A DNA stretch of 64,000 bases from an uncultured Planctomycetaceae bacterium. Its GTDB lineage: Bacteria; Planctomycetota; Planctomycetia; Planctomycetales; Planctomycetaceae. The notes under the pieces are model-generated. The model was not told where the DNA came from and searched no databases. It was given only the letters and a program-made list of their open reading frames with translations. This document shows, one piece after another, positions 42,923 through 53,838 of this stretch. Within the stretch, counting starts at the first letter, position 1, and each line of letters begins with the position of its first letter. Position numbers and translations under genes: made by a program. The DNA is taken from assembly GCA_963813715.1 (NCBI GenBank), contig CAWFAK010000007.1, forward strand, positions 448,001 to 512,000, given 5' to 3'.

Positions 42923-43420
42923 TCAATCGCGGACCAGCAGGACCACGGCATCCGCGGAAATGGCTTCTTTGCGGCCCACCGGTCCCACTCCTTCGCCCGT
43001 CTTCGCCTTCACGTTCACGTTTTCCGGCGGGATTCCCAACAGCTCGGCCACGCGGTTGCGAATCGCCTCGCGGTGCGGCGAGAGCCGCGGCTCCTCCGCG
43101 GAAATCGTGCAGTCGAGATTCACGATCTTCCAGTTTTTCTTGCGGACTTCGGCGACAGCGGCCGTCAGCAGGTTGCCCGAATCGGCGCCCGCCCATTGTG
43201 GATCGGTGTCGGGAAACCATTGGCCGATATCGCCCAGCCCGGCCGCTCCGAAGACCGCATCGGTGATGGCGTGCAGCAGCACGTCCGCGTCGCTGTGCCC
43301 GTCGAGCCCGCGCTCGTATTCGATGGCGATGCCGCCGAGAATCAGGCTGCGGCCCCGCGTGAGGCGGTGAGTGTCGTGCCCGTGACCGACTCGCAAGTCC
43401 AAGCCTGGTCGCGAATCCAA
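42923..43420 (-). CDS. ispF: 2-C-methyl-D-erythritol 2,4-cyclodiphosphate synthase
   Basis: RVGHGHDTH, GHSDADVLLHAITDA, GDIG..FP, VNVKAKTGE. Confidence 0.96.
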   Translation of the reverse strand: MDSRPGLDLRVGHGHDTHRLTRGRSLILGGIAIEYERGLDGHSDADVLLHAITDAVFGAAGLGDIGQWFPDTDPQWAGADSGNLLTAAVAEVRKKNWKIVNLDCTISAEEPRLSPHREAIRNRVAELLGIPPENVNVKAKTGEGVGPVGRKEAISADAVVLLVRD

Positions 43421-43654
43421 GTCTGACGACTCCTCAAAACGCCGGTTTCGCTCGGGACGCCGCTGCCGAAACGCGGTTGGCGAACGGACATCGGTGTGAC
43501 GCGGTGACCGCCGACGGTTCGGGCAGAATAGGAAATCTCCGAATTCCTGCGGGGATCATAACCAGCCATTTCGCGACTGACAACTTGTTGGAGAGGCTCA
43601 AAATCGGCCGTGGATCCGCGCGAGCGGGGTCGCAAGCCGCTTCCCGGCCCGAAA

Positions 43655-43683
43655 TTGACAGCTTTTTTGTGTTCTCATACACT
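43655..43683 (+). promoter_or_regulatory. sigma-70-type promoter
   Basis: TTGACA-N17-TACACT, about 70 nt upstream of ATG 43751. Confidence 0.7.
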
Positions 43684-43750
43684 CCGCCCCCTCTCCTGTC
43701 TCCTCAATCCCTTCGTTCGCACATCAGCCAACTCTCGGCTGCGAAACCCT

Positions 43751-44658
43751 ATGCTGGTTTCACGACGTATTGCTGCGCTTGTTCTGGCGCTTGCCGGCGG
43801 CTGCGCGGCGAGCGGCTGCATGCTGCTTAAGCCGATTGGTGACGTCTTCGGCTTCTGGCCTCCTGCCACGACCGCGGCGACGCAATCGCTGCCGCCGCTT
43901 CAGCCTTCGCGAGAATCGGTGCAGATCGAATTCACGTTCCTGGAGCGACCGGTTGGTGATCCGCTCTTGGGCACTGCCCTCTGGGCCCAGATTGACCAGG
44001 TCGGTGCCGTCAGCGGAACCGAAGCCGAATCACTCAAACAACTCGGCCTGCGCGTCGGCAACGCTGGCTCCGTGCCCAGCCCAGCACTCGAGCGCATGCT
44101 CAAAGAGTCGCAACCGGACGATGCCCAGGCGTCCGAGACGCACATCACGGTGAAGAAAGAGACGTTGTGCATCGGGCCGGGCGTCTCGCCGCCGATCACC
44201 ACCAACACCCTCAAAAAGTGCACGCTGGACGTGCCATTGACGGTCGGCACGAAGGAAGGGACGTACGAAAACTTCAAAAGCGTGCTGCGGCTGACCGCGC
44301 ATCGTCAGCAGGACGGCTGGGCACGGCTGGAATTCGTGCCCGAAATTCACTTCGGGCAGGAGCGGCTGCGTCCCATGTCGGCCAACGCGGGCCTGCAAAC
44401 CATCTGGCAGCCGGAAATGGCCCAAGAGGTCGAAACGCTCTTGTCGCACCGCTTCTCGTCAACACTGCACGTCGGCGAGATCGTGATCATCACCGCGGAC
44501 GCGCTGAAAAGCCGCGTTTGTTTGGCACGCAAGCCTTCGTTCGCGACCAACCCGGCACCGGAGCCCTGCAGCGCGTGCTCCTGCTGCGGCTGGCGAATAT
44601 GAACCGTATCAATCCGGTTTACGCTCAACAGGGACCGGGCCTCAGCAGCGGTCGGTAG
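43751..44658 (+). CDS. hypothetical lipoprotein; frameshift near 44515
   Basis: ASGC lipobox; W..IDQ, GLRVG, LEFVPEIHFG; continues as RLFGTQAF..QRVLLLRL in another frame. Confidence 0.7.
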
Positions 44659-44684
44659 TTAAATCGACCGCCCGGATCGCACGC

Positions 44685-45833
44685 CTAGGTCGCGCTGAGG
44701 GCAGGAGTCGGCCGCGAAAGCGCCAGCACCGGATCGGCCGCGTGCAAGAACCAGCGATCGAGCACCACACTTCTGGTGAACCAGCGGTTGGCCATCAAGT
44801 GTGCTGCGGCAAATCGCAAAAAGGCCGCCGGCAGATAGTCGGAGAAGGCGCCGCGCCGCGGAGTGCCGTATCGTTGGCGGATCTGCTCCGCGTATGGGGC
44901 AAGTTGGCCGCCCGAATAATCTCCGGCTGCGGCAAGCAAAACGTCGGCTGCGAGCAGTCCCGATTCGACGGCCGGACGAATTCCCTCGCCGCTTTGCGGG
45001 TAGGCCAGGCCGGCGGCGTCGCCGACGAAGAGCACGCCGTCGTCGACGAGCTTCGGCTCAATCCGCTCATAGATCTGATAGGCGTGCCCGTGAAATCGCT
45101 CCGGCACGGCGCAAGCGATCCGCCCCCGATCGCGGAGAAACTGGCAGAACGACTGCACGTGCGCGCTCACGCCGGACGAGTCGAGCCGCCCCAACCCGAT
45201 ATTCAAAAAGTTCCCCTTGCGAAAACACCACGCGTATCCGGCCAGGTCCTCGCAAAAGTACAGCTCGGGCACTTCGGCGCGGACGTTCACCCGAGCCTCG
45301 TCCTCCGGCGGCAACTCGAATTCGATCTCCTGAGCCGCCACCGTAATGAGTTGCCGGCCGTCGCGCCCGCCCAGTGACCGCGCAACCGGGCAAAAATGCC
45401 CCCCCGCCCCGACGAGAGCGTTGGCGCGAATCGTGTTGTTGACGATCCAGCCGGAGCCGTCGCGACGCATCTCCAGCACTGCCTCGCCAAAGCGGACTGG
45501 TGCGGCGGATCGCTCAAGGAGAAAGTGGTCGAACTCGCACCGTCGAATGCCGTAGCTGACGACGTGGCCGTAGTCGGTTCCGACCTCGTCGCCGCCAATC
45601 ATGCCCGTGCGAAATCCGGTGATCGGCTGACAGACTCGCGACGTCGCGTATTCGTCCGGATCGACGCCCAAGACTTCAAAGACCTGCGGAGTGACCCAGC
45701 CGGCACACGTCTTGTCGCGCGGAAACGTCTTGCGGTCGATCACCAGCACATCGACGCCAGCCTGCACGAGCCGGCTCGCACACGAAGAGCCGGCCGGCCC
45801 GCCGCCGACGATCAGGACCTCGCAGTTCTGCAT
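44685..45833 (-). CDS. FAD-dependent oxidoreductase, geranylgeranyl reductase family
   Basis: IVGGGPAGS, FPRDKTCAG, GYAWCFRKG, GDAAGL..GEGI. Confidence 0.92.
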   Translation of the reverse strand: MQNCEVLIVGGGPAGSSCASRLVQAGVDVLVIDRKTFPRDKTCAGWVTPQVFEVLGVDPDEYATSRVCQPITGFRTGMIGGDEVGTDYGHVVSYGIRRCEFDHFLLERSAAPVRFGEAVLEMRRDGSGWIVNNTIRANALVGAGGHFCPVARSLGGRDGRQLITVAAQEIEFELPPEDEARVNVRAEVPELYFCEDLAGYAWCFRKGNFLNIGLGRLDSSGVSAHVQSFCQFLRDRGRIACAVPERFHGHAYQIYERIEPKLVDDGVLFVGDAAGLAYPQSGEGIRPAVESGLLAADVLLAAAGDYSGGQLAPYAEQIRQRYGTPRRGAFSDYLPAAFLRFAAAHLMANRWFTRSVVLDRWFLHAADPVLALSRPTPALSAT

Positions 45834-47233
45834 TACGCGCTCGTCCCACGACAGTGGCGGGCTGACCGGGGCCGATGGCGCCGGTCGACCCTCGCACGCC
45901 GGCAAGTGCGAGTACAGATGCGAGCGGGTCAGCGGGAGTTCGTTGAGCCGCGGCCGCCCGAACAGAACCTGGAAGAGCTGCAGCGTGCCCGAATCGAAGG
46001 CCGCGATCGACCCGGCGAGGTACATCCGCCACATCCGCACAAAGCGGGCGTCATAAAGCTCGCGGACGGTCTCTGCCGCCTCTTCGTAGCGGGCCAGCCA
46101 GTGTCGCAACGTCTCGGCATAGTGCAGGCGCAGGTTCTCGACCTCCAGAATCGAGAGCTGGTTGGGCTCGAAGATCGCTCCCATTTCGCTGAGCGCGGGA
46201 GGTTGCGCCCCCGGGAAAATCCGTCGCTCAATCCAGGGGTCGAGCACCTCGTGCCGATTGCGGCCGATCGAGTGAATCAGCCCGCGGCCCGACGGCGAGA
46301 GGCAACCATCAATCACGTCTCCCAGCCGGCGGTAGTTTTTGAGCCCCACGTGCTCGAGCATACCGATCGACATAAAGACGTCGCACTTGCCGGTGATGTT
46401 CCGCCAGTCGTCGAGGATGAACTCGACGCGATCGTCCAGTCCCTCGGCCTTGGCGCGGCGCGGGCCGCGTTGACCTGTTCCGTCGAGATGTTGTACGCCC
46501 GCACGCGCACGCCATAGTGCCGCGCCATGTGCAGCGCAAACCCACCCCAGCCGCATCCGGCTTCAATCACGGTCTCGCCCGGTTGGAGCCAGACCTTGCG
46601 GCAGACGTGATCCATCTTCGCAATCTGGGCCGCCTCGATCGAAGCGTTGGGATCCTCGAAGTAGGCGCACGTGTAAAGCAGGTTCTCGTCGAGCCAGAGT
46701 CGATAGAACTCGTTGCCGATGTCGTAGTGGTGGTGAATGTTCTTGCGCGAGGCGGACAACGTGGTCCGGCTGCCCCAATGCAGCGCTTTCTCGATCAGCG
46801 TGAGCCACCGCGTCGCCACGGGCGGAGCGCTCGCCGCACAACGAGCAACCAGGCACATCACGTATTCGAGATCGCCGTCGATATCCAGCTTGCCGTTGGT
46901 GTAGGCCTCGGGAAATTGGAAGAAGGGGTCGGTCAGAATCCGCCAGACCGTTCCCCGGTCGTGGATCGTGACGCGAATCGCCCCGTCGCCGGACGCGGCC
47001 CCGCTAATCACTTCCTCGCCATTCCACAGGACCATCACCAGCGGCGGATCTCCGACGACTTTCAGCAGCCGCTGGAGCAGCCGTTTCTCGAGCGAGGGGC
47101 CCGATCGGCGGCCGGCGGGAGCCGACAGAGTTCGGATGGCGGGTCCGCGCGCTTCGGCGATCGCGGAGTTCTGCGACGCGCTTGTTGTGCCTTCTCGCGC
47201 GGGGGTCGCTGCTTCAACGGAGACCGGATCCAT
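45833..47233 (-). CDS. cyclopropane-fatty-acyl-phospholipid synthase family SAM methyltransferase; frameshift near 46455
   Basis: NIHHHYDIGNEFY, YTCAYF, AQIAK, GCGWG, SIGMLEHVG, IFPG, HYAETL..W. Confidence 0.92.
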
Positions 47234-47337
47234 GCGCTCCTCCACCAGGTTGTCTACGGCAGTCGATACGAGGTTGAGGTCGGTTCGCCGCGGGGCTTGC
47301 CCGGAGAGTCTGTTTTCCGGGATCCGCAACTGCCTAC

Positions 47338-47366
47338 AAATTACGGGCAGAGTCGGCTGTGTTCAA
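47338..47366 (-). promoter_or_regulatory. possible sigma-70 promoter for the methyltransferase/reductase pair
   Basis: Minus strand TTGAAC-N17-TAATTT in an AT-richer patch about 105 nt upstream of the ATG. Confidence 0.35.
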
Positions 47367-47461
47367 TATCTGTTAAGCCGCCGACGAGCCGTAAAATCCA
47401 AGACGGCTCCGGATAATCGGCTCCATCGCTCGACCCACCCGTCCCTTGCCGGACCGTACCC

Positions 47462-48460
47462 TCACGGAACGAGCACGGCCGTGCCGTTGACCCGATCTTC
47501 CTTGAGGTCGACTAGGGCCCGATTGGCCTCCGCCAGCGGATAGGTCGCCACGTGGGGCCGAAGCGAGATTGAAGCCGCTTCGGCCAGCAGTTCGCGGCCG
47601 TCTTCCCGGGTATTCGCCGTGACGGAGCGGATATTCTTCTCGTAAAAGAGGGTGCGCGTGTAATCCAGGGCAGGGATTTCCGACATGTAGATGCCGGCCA
47701 GGGCCAGGGTGCCCCCCTTGTCCAACTGGGCCAAAGCGTCGGGCACCAGGTTCCCCGCCGGCGCGAACATGATGCCGCTGTTCACCTTGGCGGGCATATC
47801 TTGGGCGTTCTCGCCGACCCAGGTCGCCCCCATCTGGCGAGCCAGCCGGCGGTGCGACTCGCCCCGCGTCACGACGAAAACCTCGCTCCCCCGGTGCAGG
47901 GCGATTTGAAGGATGATGTGGGCGCTCGAGCCGAAGCCGTACATCGCCAGGCGGCCGCCTGGAGGCAGATCGGCTCGCTTCAGGGCCCGATATCCGATGA
48001 TTCCCGCGCACAAGAGCGGGGCGGCATGGATATCGTCGAACACATCGGGAATCTGATAAGCAAACGCTTCGGGCACGATCGCCGACTCAGCATAGCCGCC
48101 GTCGGCGTCGTAGCCGGTGTAAATCGAGAACTCGCACAGATTTTCGCGGCCCGCGCGGCAGTAGTCGCACTGGCCGCACGCCTTTCGCAGCCAGGGAATC
48201 CCGATCCGCTGCCCCACGCTCAGCAGTCGGCAGCGTGGGCCCACCCGATCGACAATCCCCACAACCTGGTGGCCACAAATAACAGGCAGCTTGCGTTGCG
48301 GGAGATCTCCCTCGATCACATGCAGATCGGTGCGGCAGACCCCACAGCAGCGGACTTTCACCCGCACTTCCCCGGCTTGGGGCTCGGGCTCCGGCAGTTC
48401 CCGCAGATGCAGCGGCGCGGCCGACGCTCGAGCGATCTCGTCCAGGACCATCGCCTTCAT
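47462..48460 (-). CDS. zinc-dependent alcohol dehydrogenase family protein
   Basis: GVCRTDLH, GHQVVG, CGQCDYC..ENLC, APLLCAG, YGFG. Confidence 0.93.
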   Translation of the reverse strand: MKAMVLDEIARASAAPLHLRELPEPEPQAGEVRVKVRCCGVCRTDLHVIEGDLPQRKLPVICGHQVVGIVDRVGPRCRLLSVGQRIGIPWLRKACGQCDYCRAGRENLCEFSIYTGYDADGGYAESAIVPEAFAYQIPDVFDDIHAAPLLCAGIIGYRALKRADLPPGGRLAMYGFGSSAHIILQIALHRGSEVFVVTRGESHRRLARQMGATWVGENAQDMPAKVNSGIMFAPAGNLVPDALAQLDKGGTLALAGIYMSEIPALDYTRTLFYEKNIRSVTANTREDGRELLAEAASISLRPHVATYPLAEANRALVDLKEDRVNGTAVLVP

Positions 48461-48485
48461 GGTCGGGCTTCCGCGATCAACGGGC

Positions 48486-48953
48486 CTAGGGCGCGACGAA
48501 TTCGTGCTCGGGATGACGCACGGTGAGCACGGGACAAGGCGCTTTGCGGACGACCTTCTCCGCCACGCTGCCGAGCAGCATGTGAGCCAGGCCGCCCCGA
48601 CCGTGCGTTCCCAGCACGATGAGATCGATATTCGCTTCCTGGGCGTACCGCACGATCTCGAGGAACGGCGGGCCTTGCCGCACAACCTTCACGATCGTCT
48701 TGCCGACCGCCCAATTGGCGTCGATCGCCCGTTCGAGCATGGCGTTGGCGTTGAGCTCGAGCTCGCGCAGATAGTCGATGGGAGGAGCCAGCGCCGCACC
48801 CGGTTCGGGCACCAGGGGCGCCAGATCTTGAATGACATGCAGAACATGCAGTTCGGCTCCAAATTGCTGGGCGAACGCGCACGCATACATGCGGGCCGCT
48901 GCCGAGTATTCGCTAAAATCAGTCGGCAACAAAATCCGCTGCAACTTGATCAT
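48486..48953 (-). CDS. universal stress protein (UspA family)
   Basis: ILLPTDFS, DLIVLGTHGR..LLGSVAEKVVRKAPCPVLTV. Confidence 0.95.
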   Translation of the reverse strand: MIKLQRILLPTDFSEYSAAARMYACAFAQQFGAELHVLHVIQDLAPLVPEPGAALAPPIDYLRELELNANAMLERAIDANWAVGKTIVKVVRQGPPFLEIVRYAQEANIDLIVLGTHGRGGLAHMLLGSVAEKVVRKAPCPVLTVRHPEHEFVAP

Positions 48954-49218
48954 CGCCTGCTCCGCAAAGAAACGTCTTGGACCGCTGGCGCCGTTCGTCA
49001 GGGGCGTCGCGTTTGCCCGTCCGGTCGAACCAGCGGCTCCGAACCAGTCGAGGCCCCGTATAATCATAAGGGGGTCGCCGGTGTTTGCCACAAGCAAAGT
49101 GCAGTGTCTGATACGGTGGATCGGGGTTGCGGCCAGCCTCTCGATCGCCGCGTCGTGCTCGGGACCGCTACGCACCGATTCGTCGGGCCCGTCCGTCCAA
49201 TCACAAGGAGAGCATTCG

Positions 49219-49720
49219 ATGAAGACGACAGGAACCTTGATCGCGATCACCAGCGCGGCCATCCAAGACGGGCAGCCCATCCCCACCAAATACACCGAGG
49301 ACGGCGAAAACCTCTCCCCTCCCCTGGCCTGGACCTACACGCCCAAAGGGACAAAACAATGGGCGCTGATCTGCGACGATCCCGACGCGCCGACACCCAA
49401 ACCTTGGGTGCACTGGGTGATGTACGGGATCCCGGGCGAGATCCGCTCGCTGCCACAAGGCGTCGAGCCGGCGGAGAAGCTCGCGTCGTTACAGGGGGCC
49501 ATGCAGGGGAAGAACTCCTGGCCCAACGGACAGACGATTGGCTACCGGGGCCCCGCGCCTCCCAAAGGGCACGGCGTGCATCACTACCACTTCAAGCTCT
49601 ATGCGCTCGACGCGCTCTCTCATGCTTAAGCCTGAGATGACCAAAGAAACCGTCGAGCAAGCGATCGACGGTCACATCCTGGGCACGGGCGAGCTGATCG
49701 GCACCTACGAGCGAAAATGA
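49219..49720 (+). CDS. YbhB/YbcL family Raf kinase inhibitor-like (PEBP) protein; frameshift near 49620
   Basis: AAGGAG SD; SPPLAW, DDPDAP, WVHWV, GYRGPAPP..HHYHFKLYALD, GELIGTY. Confidence 0.92.
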
Positions 49721-49741
49721 GTCGCGGACGGCTGCGGCCAG

Positions 49742-51010
<1,269 letters not shown>

Positions 51011-51020
51011 ATCCGGGGTC

Positions 51021-51686
51021 CTACATGTGGGGCTCACGCGATCCGTCGCGATTCGGGCGGTTCGAACGTTGCGGAGACCGTTGGAGCGGTTCCCACAGGG
51101 TATTGTCCGCTCGATCGGGCGATTTCGCAACCGGCTGAAATCGCGCGATCAGACCTCGGCGGAACGACCGAACAGGTGTTCCGGAAGAATCGATGCGACT
51201 CGGCAAGCCGGGCGGAGTTCGTCTCGTCGAGCGCGGGCCGTCTACGCGCTTGGAGCGCGACGATCCCTCAGCGTCTTCTCGCGAGGAGCGGCCGATAAAC
51301 TTCGCCCCGTAGTCCCAAAACTCGTTATGGACTTGCCGGGCACGAACGATTTCCACCAACAGCCAAGTCGAGCCGCCGGTGTCAGGGTCGAGGCACAGGA
51401 CCACGCGTTTGGCGGGAATGCGGCCCCGGTAGATGAAGCCGACGCCGAGCTCAGAGACGTTCCGCGCCCAAACCGCGATCGGCGAGCCGTCCCCTTCCTG
51501 CCCCGGGCGCGTCTTGATGCCGTGATGATAGACGGCCATCCGGGCGGGGTAGGTGCACCGCTCTTTGGCACGTTTCTGGGTCTGGTGACCCTGCATCTTC
51601 TCGTCCCAGCGCGCGAGAATTTTGAGGACGCGCTCGGCATCCCGCTGGTGATCGGTCGGCAACGTGGCGGTAGGCGTCGACTTCAC
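51021..51686 (-). CDS. PilZ-like domain protein (3' end uncertain; domain ends near 51290)
   Basis: RAKER (RxxxR) and NVSELG (D/NxSxxG) motifs, EIVR..YGAKF. Confidence 0.7.
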   Translation of the reverse strand: MKSTPTATLPTDHQRDAERVLKILARWDEKMQGHQTQKRAKERCTYPARMAVYHHGIKTRPGQEGDGSPIAVWARNVSELGVGFIYRGRIPAKRVVLCLDPDTGGSTWLLVEIVRARQVHNEFWDYGAKFIGRSSREDAEGSSRSKRVDGPRSTRRTPPGLPSRIDSSGTPVRSFRRGLIARFQPVAKSPDRADNTLWEPLQRSPQRSNRPNRDGSREPHM

Positions 51687-51864
51687 AGCACCGTGGCTCC
51701 CACTGATCGCGGACGAGATGGACTCTCGTCGCGAACAAAATCGCTATCGAGTCTAGTTCACGGGCCGGGTCCGCGGGTCGCCGCGGCGCTCCAAAGCGTG
51801 CAGATCCTGGCCGCACGAAGCGGCACGATCGATACATTCGGCAGATCGCGCGTCGGACGATCGC

Positions 51865-53667
51865 TCAGAGCTTGACGTAAATGCCGCGTTTTTCGAGCTG
51901 ACGGACCAGGAACCACGTCAGCGCGAAGAAGACACAAAAGGCCCCGAGCGCGGTGGGCAGCCCGGCCGTGCTGGGGATGAACGCCCAGACCGCGAGCGCC
52001 ATCATGCCGTGCGTGAAATAGGCGACGAGCGCATTGGTGCCGAATGTGCGAAACAGACCCAGCTGCCAGCCCAGACCGTCGCACCCGATGACAAACAGGC
52101 TGTACAGCACGCACGCCACACCGCTCGCAAGGAGCATGAACGAAAGTGTCGGCACCCGCTTGCTTAACATCCAGTAATTCCAGAGTCGGTGCTCGAGCAC
52201 GGGCGAGGCATGTGAGTCGTCCCGCGGTGGGGAAACGAACGGTGGCTCGGCGAGCAAGCTGACCAGCGGCCGCGGCCGCACTTGCGACCAGTCCGGAACA
52301 AACGGGTTCGGAGCGAGATCGAGATCGGTGTAAGCGTCGGTTTCGTCTTGCAGCACGGCGATCCGCGCCTGCATTTCGATGAGGTCTCGTTCGTGGCTGC
52401 TGATCGCGGCCACTCCTCGTTCCTCGGGCGCCTCGGCATTTCCGGATTGGTGGCGGGACTCGATCCGCTGTTTTTCATGATCGATCAACGTGCCGAGCCA
52501 GACGCGTGCGGCGGTCTCGCGCCAGCGACGTTCGCGAAGGACGGAGACCTGGGACGCATTCAGGTCGTAAAACCGGCTCAGGCACGAGAGCCCATAGCCG
52601 CAGACAATGAACGCGGCGCCGAACAAGAACAGCCGCCTGGCCGACGCTGCGGGCGACGCCGTGCCCTGCACCAGATCGTAGGCCAGCGTGCCCGCCAGAA
52701 TGGCGACGGCCCACGCCGGCGGTCCAAAGACGCCCCCGTCCCAGCTGCGACAGTCGCCCGTCATCCACAGTCGCGACATCCAATTGTGATTCACGCCGTA
52801 AACGAAGTCCCAGTTGAACCACGCGCAGAGCGCAACGTGAACGACTGCGTAGGCGATCAACACGCCAAACCGCACGAGCGGCCGAAAGCCAATCCAGGGC
52901 AGCACGAGCAGCTGTGCGGCGGCAATCATCGCCAGCGTTTCCCACAACTCGGCTTTGAACATCCGGCCGGCTGCGATTCTCCAATAGACGAGCATTCGCT
53001 GCGTGCTGGTGAGAGCTCGCCAGGCGCGAACGCGTTCGATTGCCGGCGCGAGAAACTCGTCCACTTCCGCTTGCGCCGCCCGGGCCGCGTTCTCCGCCGC
53101 CTGGGAATCGAGCCGGCGGTCCGCGTCGCGCAATTCGGACGCGTTGATCAGTGATCCAATTCGCTCGGCCGAATCGAGCACGGCCCGCAGGTCCTCGCCA
53201 GTCGATCGCGGATCGGACGCCCTCGATTCCGCGACAGCCTGGCGGGCGCGAGTCATGAGCGGCTCGAACGACTGCGTAGCGGGCGGCATCCGACGATCCG
53301 CCTGAAATTCGGGCGGCAATTTTTCGAACGCAGTCCAGCGGCTCCAGTCGACGGTGAGCGCATAAATCGTAAACGAAAGTCCGAACAGAATCAGGCTGCG
53401 CCACAGATAGGTCTGGACTGTCTTCAGTCGCGTGGTCGTCGCCCGTCGCCGCAGGTACGTCAGCCGAAACGAATAGCCGACCACGAAAAAGAAGCTCGGC
53501 ATGATCGAGTCGGCGTAGCTGAACCAGCTCTCGTTGTGTTTGAGCTGGGCCGGCGTACTGAGGAAAGGAGCGAGAAAGTTGACCAGGCACATCCCGGCCA
53601 CGGTGTAGCCGCGAAACTGATCGAGCGAAGCGATCCGCGGTTTGCTGAGAGGGTCTGCCGAAGACAT
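51865..53667 (-). CDS. heparan-alpha-glucosaminide N-acetyltransferase-like (DUF5009/DUF1624-like) membrane protein with two soluble insertions
   Basis: RIASLDQFRGYTVAGM, SYADSIMPSF, SKR..TLSF, FGTNAL.AY, IYVKL. Confidence 0.82.
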   Translation of the reverse strand: MSSADPLSKPRIASLDQFRGYTVAGMCLVNFLAPFLSTPAQLKHNESWFSYADSIMPSFFFVVGYSFRLTYLRRRATTTRLKTVQTYLWRSLILFGLSFTIYALTVDWSRWTAFEKLPPEFQADRRMPPATQSFEPLMTRARQAVAESRASDPRSTGEDLRAVLDSAERIGSLINASELRDADRRLDSQAAENAARAAQAEVDEFLAPAIERVRAWRALTSTQRMLVYWRIAAGRMFKAELWETLAMIAAAQLLVLPWIGFRPLVRFGVLIAYAVVHVALCAWFNWDFVYGVNHNWMSRLWMTGDCRSWDGGVFGPPAWAVAILAGTLAYDLVQGTASPAASARRLFLFGAAFIVCGYGLSCLSRFYDLNASQVSVLRERRWRETAARVWLGTLIDHEKQRIESRHQSGNAEAPEERGVAAISSHERDLIEMQARIAVLQDETDAYTDLDLAPNPFVPDWSQVRPRPLVSLLAEPPFVSPPRDDSHASPVLEHRLWNYWMLSKRVPTLSFMLLASGVACVLYSLFVIGCDGLGWQLGLFRTFGTNALVAYFTHGMMALAVWAFIPSTAGLPTALGAFCVFFALTWFLVRQLEKRGIYVKL

Positions 53668-53838
53668 GCGCGATCTCGATCGCGCGGTCCAGCCGACAAT
53701 GCAAGGCGGGAGGCGCAGACGGGCGGTGGCTGAAGTGTTGGACCGGCGGAGTGCCGGAAGGATTGCGGCGGGCGCGGCTCCCGTCGCTGTGCTCAGGCAA
53801 TCATTCTGTTCTAACGCCCGCTTCCGAATTTCGCCAAC

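Noticed and set aside
40179..43420. Absence of ruvB and ispD from the ispF-cysS-ruvC-ruvA run
   Set aside because: Split operons are common and absence cannot be judged from one window
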